Of a stretch of 41,967 nucleotides of DNA, positions 27,506 to 36,662 are shown piece by piece (position 1 is the first letter of the stretch; the number at the start of each line of letters is the position of its first letter). This DNA is from an uncultured Halobellus sp. GTDB taxonomy: Archaea > Halobacteriota > Halobacteria > Halobacteriales > Haloferacaceae. The stretch is from assembly GCA_964574565.1 (NCBI GenBank), contig CAZNOA010000001.1, positions 1 to 41,967 of the forward strand, in the 5' to 3' direction. The notes beneath the pieces were generated by a model. That model made no database searches, was not told the origin of the DNA, and worked only from the letters and a program-made list of their open reading frames with translations. Made by a program: the position numbers and the translations under genes.

Positions 27506-28171
27506 GTGACTCGGAGCCTGGCCGGTCTGCTCGCGCCCGCCGCCGCGATCATCCTCGCGACGCTGGTCGTCGTCACGGTCGTGGGCGCGTGGCCCCCGTT
27601 CGTCGCCGTCGAGAGCGGGAGCATGGCCCCAGAGGTGGAGCGCGGCGACCTCGTCGTCGTCACCTCGACGGACCGGTTCCCGTGGGGCGGCCTCGTCGGC
27701 AGCGACGACGACGGGGCGCCGACACGGCTGGGCGGTGTCGGCGACGTCGCGGTGTTCACCCCGCCGGGACACGGGGGCGGGCCGGTCCTCCATCGGATCG
27801 CCTTCTCGGTGACCGAAGGCGAAGACTGGACCGAGCGCGCGGATCCGGCGCTGCTCGACGCGAGCTGCGCGGAGCTGTCCACCTGTCCGGCTCCGCACGA
27901 CGGCTACGTCACCTACGGCGACGCCAACGGGGCGTACGACCAGAGCGCGGGGATCGCGCCGGTCGTCCGCGGGGAGTGGATCCACGCCAAGGCGCTCTTT
28001 TCGATCCCGAAGCTCGGCTGGTTCCGGCTCGCCGTCGACGCCGCGGTCCGGAGCGTCGGCGTCCTGCCGACCGCCCTCGCCGTGGGCGGGACCGCCGCGA
28101 CGCTGGGCGGGGCCGGCGCGGTCCTGTTCGGGCGGCTGCGGCGTCTGGCGGGAGCGAACGATCCGGAGTGA
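27506..28171 (+). CDS. S26-family (Sec11-type) signal peptidase I
   Basis: VESGSMAP (Ser), VLHRI (His), TYGDAN..D; N- and C-terminal TM segments; GTG start inferred. Confidence 0.82.
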   Translation: MTRSLAGLLAPAAAIILATLVVVTVVGAWPPFVAVESGSMAPEVERGDLVVVTSTDRFPWGGLVGSDDDGAPTRLGGVGDVAVFTPPGHGGGPVLHRIAFSVTEGEDWTERADPALLDASCAELSTCPAPHDGYVTYGDANGAYDQSAGIAPVVRGEWIHAKALFSIPKLGWFRLAVDAAVRSVGVLPTALAVGGTAATLGGAGAVLFGRLRRLAGANDPE

Positions 28172-28266
28172 CTTCGACGGAGAAAACGACTGCGACGGCC
28201 CGACGGGGACCGATCCATCGCGACGCAGGCCCCAATCGGTCGGCGGTCCGCGTCCGCGGCTGGCGG

Positions 28267-28806
28267 CTACTCCGATGACGAGGTCGGTGAGGCGTCGGCG
28301 GCGTCCGCCTCGTCCGCGCCGGCGGGTTCGCTTCCATTCGCGTCGTCGTCCGACTCACCCACGTCGCCGTCGAGGGTCACCTCGTCGTTCGCGGCGTTGC
28401 GGAGGGCGTCGGAACGGCCGAACTCGCCGGGGGCGATCGCGAGCGTCCGGATCCCGTAGCCGTTGGCGGTCTCGACGACGGGCTTGAAGTCGGTGTCCCG
28501 GGAGGCGATCGCGAGCGTCGTCATCCGGCCCTCGGCCGCGAACCGGGCGGCGTCGACCGCGAGCTTCACGTCGACGTCGCCGCTCGTGATGACGACCTCG
28601 AAGCCGCGGGCCTCCGCGGCCTGAATGAGTCCGGGCGTCGCGTGTTCGTCGAGGTAGAGCCGGGTCGTCACGAGGGGCCCTTCCGCCTCCGCTGCGGTCC
28701 GCACGTCGTCGAGGTCGACGTCGAACTCCTCGCGTAACACGTTCGGGCCGTCGACGAACAGGGCGACGCCGACCGGTTCGTCGTCCGTCCGACCAGTAGT
28801 GTCCAT
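28267..28806 (-). CDS. NYN-domain (LabA/PIN-like) putative ribonuclease
   Basis: LFVDGPNVLR, DVDVKLAVDA, ASRDTDFKPV. Confidence 0.9.
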   Translation of the reverse strand: MDTTGRTDDEPVGVALFVDGPNVLREEFDVDLDDVRTAAEAEGPLVTTRLYLDEHATPGLIQAAEARGFEVVITSGDVDVKLAVDAARFAAEGRMTTLAIASRDTDFKPVVETANGYGIRTLAIAPGEFGRSDALRNAANDEVTLDGDVGESDDDANGSEPAGADEADAADASPTSSSE

Positions 28807-28862
28807 GCGATCTGTCGGTGACGCGCGGAAATATGCGTGCTGGTCTCGATCCGTCGCGTCGG

Positions 28863-28917
28863 CGGTTCGGCGACGACGGTTCGAAGGGGGCGGTTCGAAG
28901 GGGGACGGTTCGAGACC
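28863..28917. repeat. Four tandem 14-15 bp units with core CGGTTCG
   Basis: CGGTTCGGCGACGA / CGGTTCGAAGGGGG / CGGTTCGAAGGGGGA / CGGTTCGAGACC at 28863, 28877, 28891 and 28906. Confidence 0.75.
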
Positions 28918-28978
28918 GGCGAGATTCACATGACCGTGTGAACCGGTCACTTATCAGCCTCTCGGCTGTAGTGCGCCT

Positions 28979-29398
28979 ATGATATCTCGGGTGCTGGTAC
29001 CGATGGACGAGTCGGAGATGGCGGAGCGCGCGCTCAAGTACGCGCTCGAGGTGCATCCGGACGCGGAGATAACCGTGCTCCACGTCGTCGGCGAGCCCTC
29101 CTCGATGATGGGCCGCGCGGCCGGGATCGCCCTCTCGGACGACCCCGAGCGAGCGGCCGAAGAACACGCAAGGGAGCTGTTCGAGCGGGCCCGCGAAATC
29201 GCCGCCGAGGCCGGCGCCGAGATCGAGACGGTCGTCAAGAGCGGGCATCCCGCCCGCGCGGTGATCAACGCGTCCGGGGAGTTCGACACGGTCGTCATCG
29301 GGAGCCACAGCGGCACCCTCGCCGACCGGCTGCTCGTGGGCAACGTCGCGGAGAAGATCGTTCGACGATCGGGAGCGCCGGTGACCGTGGTTCGCTGA
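28979..29398 (+). CDS. Universal stress protein (UspA family)
   Basis: VLVPMDES...GHPAR...VVIGSHSG...LLVGNVAEKIVRRS.PVTVVR. Confidence 0.93.
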   Translation: MISRVLVPMDESEMAERALKYALEVHPDAEITVLHVVGEPSSMMGRAAGIALSDDPERAAEEHARELFERAREIAAEAGAEIETVVKSGHPARAVINASGEFDTVVIGSHSGTLADRLLVGNVAEKIVRRSGAPVTVVR

Positions 29399-29504
29399 TC
29401 GCTTCCCGCGCCTTCGATCCCTTATATTCGTATTACGACTTGGCTGACGACCGTACTGTATATGCAGAGGACTCAAATAGCATGTCCAAGAATAACGGAG
29501 TAAG

Positions 29505-29756
29505 ATGTCTAAATCAAAAGCGTTCACCGTCATTTCCGAGCAGAACGATCATGATTGTACCACGGTTCGTGCACATCCCCGCAACGACACCTACCACATC
29601 GTCGACTACGCGGACGAGGACGCCCGCGAGCGCGTCGCGGACCTGCCGGTCGGCTCTGTCGTCCGGATGGAACTGTCGCGGGCTGGTCGCCGCAGCAACG
29701 TCTGGCGGGCGGAGTCGGTACGGACCGCACACACCGACGGCGGGAGAGAGGAGTAA
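29505..29756 (+). CDS. Small hypothetical protein (beta-rich, possibly OB-like)
   Basis: 83 aa with haloarchaeal composition; fills the gap between Usp and ilvD. Confidence 0.65.
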   Translation: MSKSKAFTVISEQNDHDCTTVRAHPRNDTYHIVDYADEDARERVADLPVGSVVRMELSRAGRRSNVWRAESVRTAHTDGGREE

Positions 29757-29845
29757 GCGGGGCGCGAGTCGGTAACCGAGTCGTCTCGTCTCCGTCCGGT
29801 CCCCGCGTGTCTCGACCTCGCTCGTTGTGAAACGCCGCTTCCCGC

Positions 29846-31639
29846 TTATAGCTCCCGCGTGAGCCGGGGGTTCGTCACTGCCCCGTCGGCCGCCGAGGCG
29901 AAGTCCCGCGCGTACTTCGCGAGGACGCCGCCATCGTACTGCGGTGCCGGCTCGTCCCACGCCGCCCGCCGCTCGGCCAGCTCCTCGTCGGAGAGGTCGA
30001 CGGTCAGGTCGCGCTCGGGGATGTCGACGGTGATGTGATCCCCGTCTTCGATGAGCCCGATCGGGCCGCCGTCGGCCGCCTCGGGTGCGACGTGACCGAT
30101 CATCGGGCCGCGCGTGCCGCCCGAGAAGCGGCCGTCGGTGAGCAGCGCCACGTCCTCCTCGTGGCCGGCGCCGACGACGGCGGCGGTGACCCCGAGCATC
30201 TCGCGCATCCCCGGTCCGCCGGTCGGCCCCTCGTTGCGGATCACGATCACGTCGCCGGAGTCGACCGCGCCCGACTGGACGTACTCCATCGCGTCCTCCT
30301 CGTTCTCGAACACGCGGGCGGGCCCCTCGTGGTAGAAGGCGTCGTCGCCGGTCACCTTCAGCACCGCGCCGTCCGGCGCGAGGTTCCCCTTGAGGATCTT
30401 GATGGCGCCCTCCGCCTCTTTGGGCTCGTCGACGGTGTAGAGGAAGTCCGCCTCGATCGCGTCGTCGTCGGGCAACTCGCCGTTCGATTCCAGCTCGGCC
30501 AGCTCTTCTTCGAGCGTTCGACCGGTAACCGTCATCGCGTCGCCGTGGAGGAGGTCCGCTTCGAGGAGCCGCCGGAGCACGACCGGGACGCCGCCGATCT
30601 CGTGGAGGTCGTTCATCACGCGGCTCCCGCCCGGTTGGAGGTTCGCGATCTTCGGGGTCCGCCGGGAGATCGCATCGAAGTCCTCGATTGCGAGGTCGAC
30701 GTCGGCCTCCGCGGCGAGCGCGAGCAGGTGGAGGACCGCGTTCGTCGAGCCGCCCATCGCGGTCTGGACCGCGATCGCGTTCTCGAACGACTCGCGCGAG
30801 AGGATGTCGGAGGGGCGGCGGTCGTTCTCGATACAGTCGACGACGAGCTCGCCGGCCCGCTCGGCCACCGAGTACCGCTCCTCGTCCTCGGCCGGGGGCG
30901 ACGCCGAGCCGAGCGGCGCCAGTCCGAGCGCCTCGGAGAGGGAGGCCATCGTGTTCGCCGTGAACATGCCGCCACAGGAGCCCGCGCCGGGGCAAGCGTG
31001 GCGCTCGAGGTCGTCGAGTTCCTCGCCGCTCATGTCGCCTTCGGCGTAGGCGCCGACGCCCTCGAACACCTGCACGATCGTCACGTCGCGGCCGTCGTGC
31101 TGGCCGGGCATGATCGAGCCGCCGTAGAGGAACACCGACGGGAGATCGGTGCGGATCGCGGCCATCATCATCCCGGGGAGGTTCTTGTCGCAGCCGGCGA
31201 CCGTCACCAGCGCGTCCATGCGCTCGCCGAACGAGACGAGTTCGACGCTGTCGGCGATCACTTCACGGGAGATGAGGCTGGCCTTCATCCCCTCGGTCCC
31301 CATCGAGATGGCGTCGGAGATGGTGATCGTCCCGAACTCGATCGGCATCCCGCCCGCGCGGTCGATCCCGTCGATGGCCGCGTCGGCGACGTCGTCGAGG
31401 TGGACGTTACACGGCGTGATGTCGGCGGCGGGGTTCGGCACCCCGACTATCGGCGACGAGAGGTCCTCGTCGTCGAACCCCATCGCGCGGAACATCGACC
31501 GGTGGGGAGCGCGGTCGGCTCCCTCGGTCACGTCCCTGCTTCGGAGGGTCTCGTTTTTCTCGCCTGCAAACCGGTCCGCGTCGCCGCCGCGCCGGCGAGG
31601 GGCGTCGCCCTCGTCGGATCGTGGCTGCTGTTCGCTCAT
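29846..31639 (-). CDS. ilvD: Dihydroxy-acid dehydratase
   Basis: [55 protein letters not shown]. Confidence 0.97.
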   Translation of the reverse strand: MSEQQPRSDEGDAPRRRGGDADRFAGEKNETLRSRDVTEGADRAPHRSMFRAMGFDDEDLSSPIVGVPNPAADITPCNVHLDDVADAAIDGIDRAGGMPIEFGTITISDAISMGTEGMKASLISREVIADSVELVSFGERMDALVTVAGCDKNLPGMMMAAIRTDLPSVFLYGGSIMPGQHDGRDVTIVQVFEGVGAYAEGDMSGEELDDLERHACPGAGSCGGMFTANTMASLSEALGLAPLGSASPPAEDEERYSVAERAGELVVDCIENDRRPSDILSRESFENAIAVQTAMGGSTNAVLHLLALAAEADVDLAIEDFDAISRRTPKIANLQPGGSRVMNDLHEIGGVPVVLRRLLEADLLHGDAMTVTGRTLEEELAELESNGELPDDDAIEADFLYTVDEPKEAEGAIKILKGNLAPDGAVLKVTGDDAFYHEGPARVFENEEDAMEYVQSGAVDSGDVIVIRNEGPTGGPGMREMLGVTAAVVGAGHEEDVALLTDGRFSGGTRGPMIGHVAPEAADGGPIGLIEDGDHITVDIPERDLTVDLSDEELAERRAAWDEPAPQYDGGVLAKYARDFASAADGAVTNPRLTREL

Positions 31640-31708
31640 ACCGATCCCTGTCGCTCGGGGGTCTTAAACGAACGCAACGAAACAAGGGTTGCTTCGATGG
31701 AGACGCGT

Positions 31709-32944
31709 TCAGTACGGCGGCGACGTGAACCCGTCCCAGTCGCCGACGGGTCGGACGCCGATTCCGTGGAAGTCGCTGTCCGCGTTGTCGCCGTCGGGCT
31801 GGACGACGTCGACGCGCTCGCGCGATTCGATGTCGAACACGGCGTAGCCGGGGGTGATCCCGGTCGCGGCGTGGGGGTCGCCCGAGAGCGGGTTCGGGCC
31901 GCGGAGGGTGACGAACATGTACTCGCCGTCCGGCGACGCCCACATGATGTCGGGCGCGTCGGACTCCGCGGGGTCGTCGGCTTGCTCCGGGCCGAACGCG
32001 TCGATCTCGTCGATGATCTCGTCGGTGTCGGGATCGAGGATTAACCCGTCGTTCGTCTCCCGATTCAGCACCCACAGCTCCTCGCCGTCCGGCGTGAGCC
32101 AGAAGCCGTGCGCGTCGACCCCGCGGGTCGAACCGACGGTGTCGACCTCGTCGGCGGCGGTGTCGTACACGTAGAACTCGCCGACGCCCTCGGCGGCGAC
32201 CGGGTCCTCGTCGGGGTCGGCGTCCGGGTCCGAGGGGAGGCCCGCTGTGAGGTAGAACTTCTCGTCGGTCGGGTGGCCGACCGTCCCGCAGTTCGTCGGG
32301 ATCTCGTCGCCGGGGTACGCGCGGTCGACCGTGAAGTCGTCGTGGTCGACGATCACGAGCGCCGCGTCGTGGTAGCTCGGCCCCATCGTGTGGAGCGACC
32401 GGCCGTCCTGCGCGTACTGATGGCAGATCGGGGCGCCCGACTCGATACCGGCGTCGAGGATCGTCTCGTTTTCGCGGACGTCGATCTCCGCGACCTGTTC
32501 GAACGTCTCGTCGTCGAGGTCGACGTCGATCCGGACGATCTTCTCTTCGCCGATCACGTCGACGTGAATGAACTCGTCGTCCGGCGAGAAGCCGGCGAAG
32601 TGAGAGCCCGCACCGGTCTCGAGGTTCGCGACCAGTTCGCGGTCCTCGGTCCGGTAGATGAGAACGCGCGCACCGGCCGTACAGGCCACGGCGGCGTACT
32701 CGTAGTCAGCGCTGTAATCGACCATGTGCGGCACCTCTCCGCCCTCAGCGCCGGTGTCGATCTCGTCGATCTGTTCGAAGCCACCGTCGTCGGTCGGCTG
32801 GTGAATATAGATCGTGTTTGTCCCCTGATCGGCGCCCCAGATCTCGTAGGTCGCCTCGGCGGCGTCGTCCGCACAGCCGGCCAGTCCGCCGATTCCCGCG
32901 GCGGTCGCGCCTGCGAGAAACGTCCGTCGAGTCGTGTCCGTCAT
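31709..32944 (-). CDS. Tat-exported lipoprotein, YVTN/YncE-like beta-propeller
   Basis: TRRTFL twin-arginine motif plus LAGC lipobox; repeated blades (HFAGFSPDD, HGFWLTPDG, WASPDG). Confidence 0.85.
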   Translation of the reverse strand: MTDTTRRTFLAGATAAGIGGLAGCADDAAEATYEIWGADQGTNTIYIHQPTDDGGFEQIDEIDTGAEGGEVPHMVDYSADYEYAAVACTAGARVLIYRTEDRELVANLETGAGSHFAGFSPDDEFIHVDVIGEEKIVRIDVDLDDETFEQVAEIDVRENETILDAGIESGAPICHQYAQDGRSLHTMGPSYHDAALVIVDHDDFTVDRAYPGDEIPTNCGTVGHPTDEKFYLTAGLPSDPDADPDEDPVAAEGVGEFYVYDTAADEVDTVGSTRGVDAHGFWLTPDGEELWVLNRETNDGLILDPDTDEIIDEIDAFGPEQADDPAESDAPDIMWASPDGEYMFVTLRGPNPLSGDPHAATGITPGYAVFDIESRERVDVVQPDGDNADSDFHGIGVRPVGDWDGFTSPPY

Positions 32945-33240
32945 ACTGTCTGTAGGCTGGCGATACGCAAACTAAACGCTGCCGATTCGAAACGTCGGAA
33001 ACCACCGGAGAAGGCGGTCAAACGCCCGAATTCGGCGCATTAGCGTCATAGGTACACATGATATTCGCCGTTATCTGTGACGCCGGATCTCTGGATTACG
33101 CCCGGGTTGCTGGGCACGGAAACGGCCACCCCGACGGCGCGTGACGGAGCGAACGTCACCGTGTCACCGTTCGGCGCTCCGTAGTGATCCGACGAGCACG
33201 TCGTGAACTCCGTCCGGGCCTGTCCTCCGATCACAGACTA

Positions 33241-33261
33241 TATTGCTCTCTGAGTGCAATA
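33241..33261. promoter_or_regulatory. Operator-like palindrome TATTGCTCTC-T-GAGTGCAATA
   Basis: 9/10 arm match, ending just upstream of ATG 33269. Confidence 0.55.
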
Positions 33262-33268
33262 CCAACGT

Positions 33269-33703
33269 ATGCAATTGAACGTATCCGGACGGAACGCGGC
33301 CGCGATCGGACTCATCGCGCTTCTACTGGCCGGTACGTTCGTCGCGTTCGCGGCGTGGGCGGGCGGAACGATGGGGGGCGGTATGATGGGCGGCGGCATG
33401 ATGGCTCCGTTCTGGTTCCCGCTTTTCGCGCTGTTCCCGCTGGTCGCCATCGCCGTGATCGGGTACGCGGTCGTCCGCGCGATGTCGGACGAGAAGTCGT
33501 CTGAGACGGACACCCTCGCGGACGACACGCCGACCGACCCGGTCGATCGGCTCCGTGAGCGCTACGTGGACGGCGAGCTCACCGAAGCCGAGTTCGAGCG
33601 AGCGGTGGGTCAAGCGCTCGACGAGCGTGACGACTCCGGAGCGGAGTCGACCTCGCGCGAGAGCGACGACAGGGTGACCGCGACAGAAGGCGGGCGGTCG
33701 TGA
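33269..33703 (+). CDS. SHOCT-domain membrane protein with Gly/Met-rich loop
   Basis: Two TM helices around GGTMGGGMMGGGMM; DPVDRLRERYVDGELTEAEFER is a SHOCT motif. Confidence 0.85.
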   Translation: MQLNVSGRNAAAIGLIALLLAGTFVAFAAWAGGTMGGGMMGGGMMAPFWFPLFALFPLVAIAVIGYAVVRAMSDEKSSETDTLADDTPTDPVDRLRERYVDGELTEAEFERAVGQALDERDDSGAESTSRESDDRVTATEGGRS

Positions 33704-33787
33704 ACGAAGACGACTGAAAAGCGGCGATCGTGAACGACGACCGGTGAGCGTCGTGGAGGCCGAGCGCCCCGGTCCGACCGCTTCCCG

Positions 33788-34465
33788 CTACGCGAAGGCC
33801 TCGAGGATTCCCGCCCCGTCGGTGGTCCGACCGAGCTCGGGCAGGGTGGCGCGTTCGGGGTGCGGCATGAGGACGGCGACGGTCTTGCGCTCCCCGAGGA
33901 CCCCGGCAATGTTGTCGGTCGACCCGTTGGGGTTGGCCGCGTCGGTGGCGTTCCCCTCGGTGTCACAGTAGCGGAAGAGGACGCGGTCGTCCGCGACGAG
34001 GTCGGCGTGAGCGGCATCGCTTATCTCGAACCGCCCCTCGCCGTGTGCGATCGGGACGTCGATCACGTCGCCCTCGGCGTAGGCGGCGGTCCACGGCGTG
34101 TCGTCACGCTCGACGCGGAGATGAACGGGCTCACACTGGAAGCGCGCTGAGGCGTTGGTGGTGAAGGCGCCGGGGGTGAGGCCGGATTCCGAGCCGATCT
34201 GAGCCCCGTTACAGACGCCGAGCACGGGGACGCCGTCGGCGGCGGCGGTGCGGACTTCCTCCATGATCGGGGCGCGTGCGGCCATCGCGCCGGCGCGCAG
34301 GTAGTCGCCGTACGAGAAGCCGCCGGGGAGGACGACCCCGTCGGTGTCCGCGGAGAGGCCGTCTTCGTGCCAGACCCGTTCGGCGTCGGTTCCGAGGTGT
34401 TCCAGCGCGCGGACCGCGTCGCGGTCGCAGTTGGAACCCCCGAATTGGACGACGGAAACCGTCAC
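33788..34465 (-). CDS. purQ: Phosphoribosylformylglycinamidine synthase glutaminase subunit
   Basis: FGGSNCDRD, PGGFSYGDYLRAGA, GVCNGAQ, AHGEG, NPNGS, MPHPER; GTG start at 34465 inferred. Confidence 0.95.
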   Translation of the reverse strand: MTVSVVQFGGSNCDRDAVRALEHLGTDAERVWHEDGLSADTDGVVLPGGFSYGDYLRAGAMAARAPIMEEVRTAAADGVPVLGVCNGAQIGSESGLTPGAFTTNASARFQCEPVHLRVERDDTPWTAAYAEGDVIDVPIAHGEGRFEISDAAHADLVADDRVLFRYCDTEGNATDAANPNGSTDNIAGVLGERKTVAVLMPHPERATLPELGRTTDGAGILEAFA

Positions 34466-34526
34466 GCCGACCACCCCGTGTGAGCGGCAGGACAGACGGT
34501 TTTCGTCGGAGTGACGACGGAGACCG

Positions 34527-34778
34527 TCATCGCTCGGCGACCGCGACGTCGTAATCGTGGATCGTCGGGTTCGCGAGCAGCCGCTCGGCCATCTCCGTGG
34601 CGCGCTCGGCGGCCTCGTCTCGGTCGGCCGCGTCGAGGTCAACCTCGAAGCGGTCCGCCGAGCGGAGATCCGACAGCTCGAAGCCGAGCCGTTCGAGGGC
34701 CTGTTGAGTCGTCTCGGCCTCCGGATCGAGGACGCCCCGCTTCAGTCGGACCGTCACCGTCGCGGTGTATGCCGTCAT
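34527..34778 (-). CDS. purS: Phosphoribosylformylglycinamidine synthase subunit PurS
   Basis: LKRGVLDPE...LLANPTIHDY. Confidence 0.95.
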   Translation of the reverse strand: MTAYTATVTVRLKRGVLDPEAETTQQALERLGFELSDLRSADRFEVDLDAADRDEAAERATEMAERLLANPTIHDYDVAVAER

Positions 34779-34825
34779 AGCCGGTAGTGCGGAGTCGTGT
34801 GTAAAAACCGTTTTGGAACGGCTTT

Positions 34826-34847
34826 TATATCCACGTACGTGGATATA
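34826..34847. promoter_or_regulatory. Perfect 22-bp palindrome TATATCCACGTACGTGGATATA in the purS/purU divergent region
   Basis: Exactly self-complementary; overlaps TATA-like TTTTATAT; adjacent imperfect inverted repeat at 34803-34826. Confidence 0.65.
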
Positions 34848-34957
34848 TCTCGGTCGATCGTCGGGATATTCGGCCGGCGGAGAGCGAAAGGTGAAAACCC
34901 CTCCGTGTTCTGGACAGGGTGTATGCAGCCGCTCGAACGCCCGGAGGTGATCGTCGC

Positions 34958-35938
34958 ATGACCCGCGAACTGACCGAAATCACGGTCGTCGGAGGAGACA
35001 AGACCGGACTCATCGCGCGGGTCACCTCGCTGCTGTTCGAGCGGGGAATCAACATCGAGGACCTCGACCAGGCCGTCCGCGAGGGCGTCTTCCGGATGAC
35101 GACCCGCGTCGACGCTTCCGAGATGCAGACGTCACGCGGAGAGCTCCGCCGCGCGCTCGCCGAACTCGGCCGAGAGCTGGACGTGGACATCCAGGTTCGA
35201 TTCCCGAGCGACCGGGACGCGCGGCGGATCGCGCTGCTCGTCACGAAGGAGACCCACGCGCCGGAGGCCATGCTGGAGGCGGAGGCCGCGGGCGACCTAG
35301 CCGCCGACGGCGAGGCGGAGATCCCCGTCGTCATCGGGAACCGCGGCGACCTCCGGTCGCTCGCGGAGCGTTACGACAAACCCTTCTACGACGTGGGCGA
35401 CGGGAACGGCAACACCGACGAGGGGCGTCTGCTCGACCTGTTGGCCGAGTACGACGTGGACCTCATCGCCCTCGCGCGATACATGCGTATCCTCTCGCCG
35501 GAGGTCGTCTTCCGCTACGAGGGGCGGATCATCAACGTCCACCCCTCGCTGCTGCCGGCGTTCCCCGGCGCGGAGGCGTACCGGCAGGCGAAGGACGCGG
35601 GCGTCCGGATCGCCGGCGTCACCGCTCACTACGTGACGACCGACCTCGATCAGGGGCCCGTGATCGCGCAGCGCGCCTTCGACGTGCCCCCGAGCGCCGA
35701 CGTCGACGAGATCAAGCGCCGCGGGCAACCCCTCGAAGCCGACGTGTTACTCGACGCGGTACGGCTCCACCTCGCCGACGCGATCGCGATCCACCGCGGA
35801 ACGGTCCACGTCCGAGAGGAGATCGACGTCGACGCACAGCTCGGGCTCAGCGAGGCGGCGATCGGCGCCAACCCGGACGAGCCGGTCGACGGCGAGCCGC
35901 TCTCGCGGTCACGGGTTCCGCCCGCCGGAGGCGACTGA
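34958..35938 (+). CDS. purU: Formyltetrahydrofolate deformylase
   Basis: N-terminal ACT domain (GGDKTGLIARVT), LARYMRILS, INVHPSLLPAFPGA, GVTAHYVT.DLDQGPVI; ATG at 34958. Confidence 0.94.
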   Translation: MTRELTEITVVGGDKTGLIARVTSLLFERGINIEDLDQAVREGVFRMTTRVDASEMQTSRGELRRALAELGRELDVDIQVRFPSDRDARRIALLVTKETHAPEAMLEAEAAGDLAADGEAEIPVVIGNRGDLRSLAERYDKPFYDVGDGNGNTDEGRLLDLLAEYDVDLIALARYMRILSPEVVFRYEGRIINVHPSLLPAFPGAEAYRQAKDAGVRIAGVTAHYVTTDLDQGPVIAQRAFDVPPSADVDEIKRRGQPLEADVLLDAVRLHLADAIAIHRGTVHVREEIDVDAQLGLSEAAIGANPDEPVDGEPLSRSRVPPAGGD

Positions 35939-36005
35939 CCCCGGGCTCCGGACCGCTCCGTCTCAACCTGTGTGATTTAAATCCCGCGTGCCGTAGAAGG
36001 GGGTG

Positions 36006-36194
36006 ATGTTCACACGTCGGCCGCTGAGTCGCTTCCGCGCCGACACGAGCGCGATCGTGCGAAGCGACGAGCGTGTGCTCCTCCTGTTTCTCCTCCTCTT
36101 ATCGATCGCCGCGCTCGCGGTGTTCCTCCACTACACCGTCCTGATTCTCGAAGGGCTCCCGGAGGTCGTTCCGTCGGAGCCGCCGCGCCCCTGA
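36006..36194 (+). CDS. Small single-pass membrane protein
   Basis: One hydrophobic helix (VLLLFLLLLSIAALAVFLHYTVLIL); TATA-like TTTAAAT about 25-30 bp upstream. Confidence 0.5.
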   Translation: MFTRRPLSRFRADTSAIVRSDERVLLLFLLLLSIAALAVFLHYTVLILEGLPEVVPSEPPRP

Positions 36195-36240
36195 GCGGTC
36201 GCGGGTGACGCCGGCAGCGACGTCGCCGCGACGCCGTCCG

Positions 36241-36441
36241 CTACTCCGTTTCGTCGTCGAGCTCTCTGACCAGTTCGTCGATCACGACGTCCCACGCGTG
36301 CGCCGATCCGTTGGTCTGAAACTCCCAGGCGCCGCGCACGTCCACGTCGGCCTCGATTGCCTTTTCGACGGCTTCGGCGAGCGCCGCCGCGAAGTCGTCG
36401 TCGTCGGTAATGGTCACGGTGTTGAATTGATCGCGTGTCAT
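36241..36441 (-). CDS. Small acidic hypothetical protein (66 aa)
   Basis: MTRDQFNTVTITDDDDFAAALAEAVEKA...DVRGAWE...WDVVIDEL; typical haloarchaeal composition. Confidence 0.7.
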   Translation of the reverse strand: MTRDQFNTVTITDDDDFAAALAEAVEKAIEADVDVRGAWEFQTNGSAHAWDVVIDELVRELDDETE

Positions 36442-36576
36442 ACTGTGATAGCCACGACCCTCGACTCGAAGAACCGACGGCGAGACCCCGACCGGTCTCA
36501 CGGCTCGGGTCGGGCTTCGGGAAGGGAGTTCGGGTGAATGTTCCTTGTCGGCACACACCGGTATGGCTGTCGTTTA

Positions 36577-36620
36577 GCATGGTCTACCATGCAGCTAACG
36601 CCGTGGGTGGTACACCATGC
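36577..36620. promoter_or_regulatory. Two TGGT-NN-ACCATGC boxes upstream of the Bat-like regulator's TATA box
   Basis: Copies at 36580-36592 (within the palindrome GCATGGT-CT-ACCATGC, 36577-36592) and 36608-36620; TATATTTA at 36625-36632. Confidence 0.5.
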
Positions 36621-36662
36621 CGGCTATATTTAGGCATCTCGGTCACAACACCTCGCCAAAGG

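Noticed and set aside
28863-28917. CRISPR array or tRNA
   Set aside because: Units are 14-15 bp with no unique 30-40 bp spacers, no cas genes are present, and no cloverleaf can be built around GGTTCGA.
30035-32044. Long antisense/alternative ORFs (e.g. 30035-32044, 12793-14196, 23277-24791, 29514-30995)
   Set aside because: Arg/Gly/Val-rich shadow frames overlapping well-supported genes, as expected in high-GC DNA.
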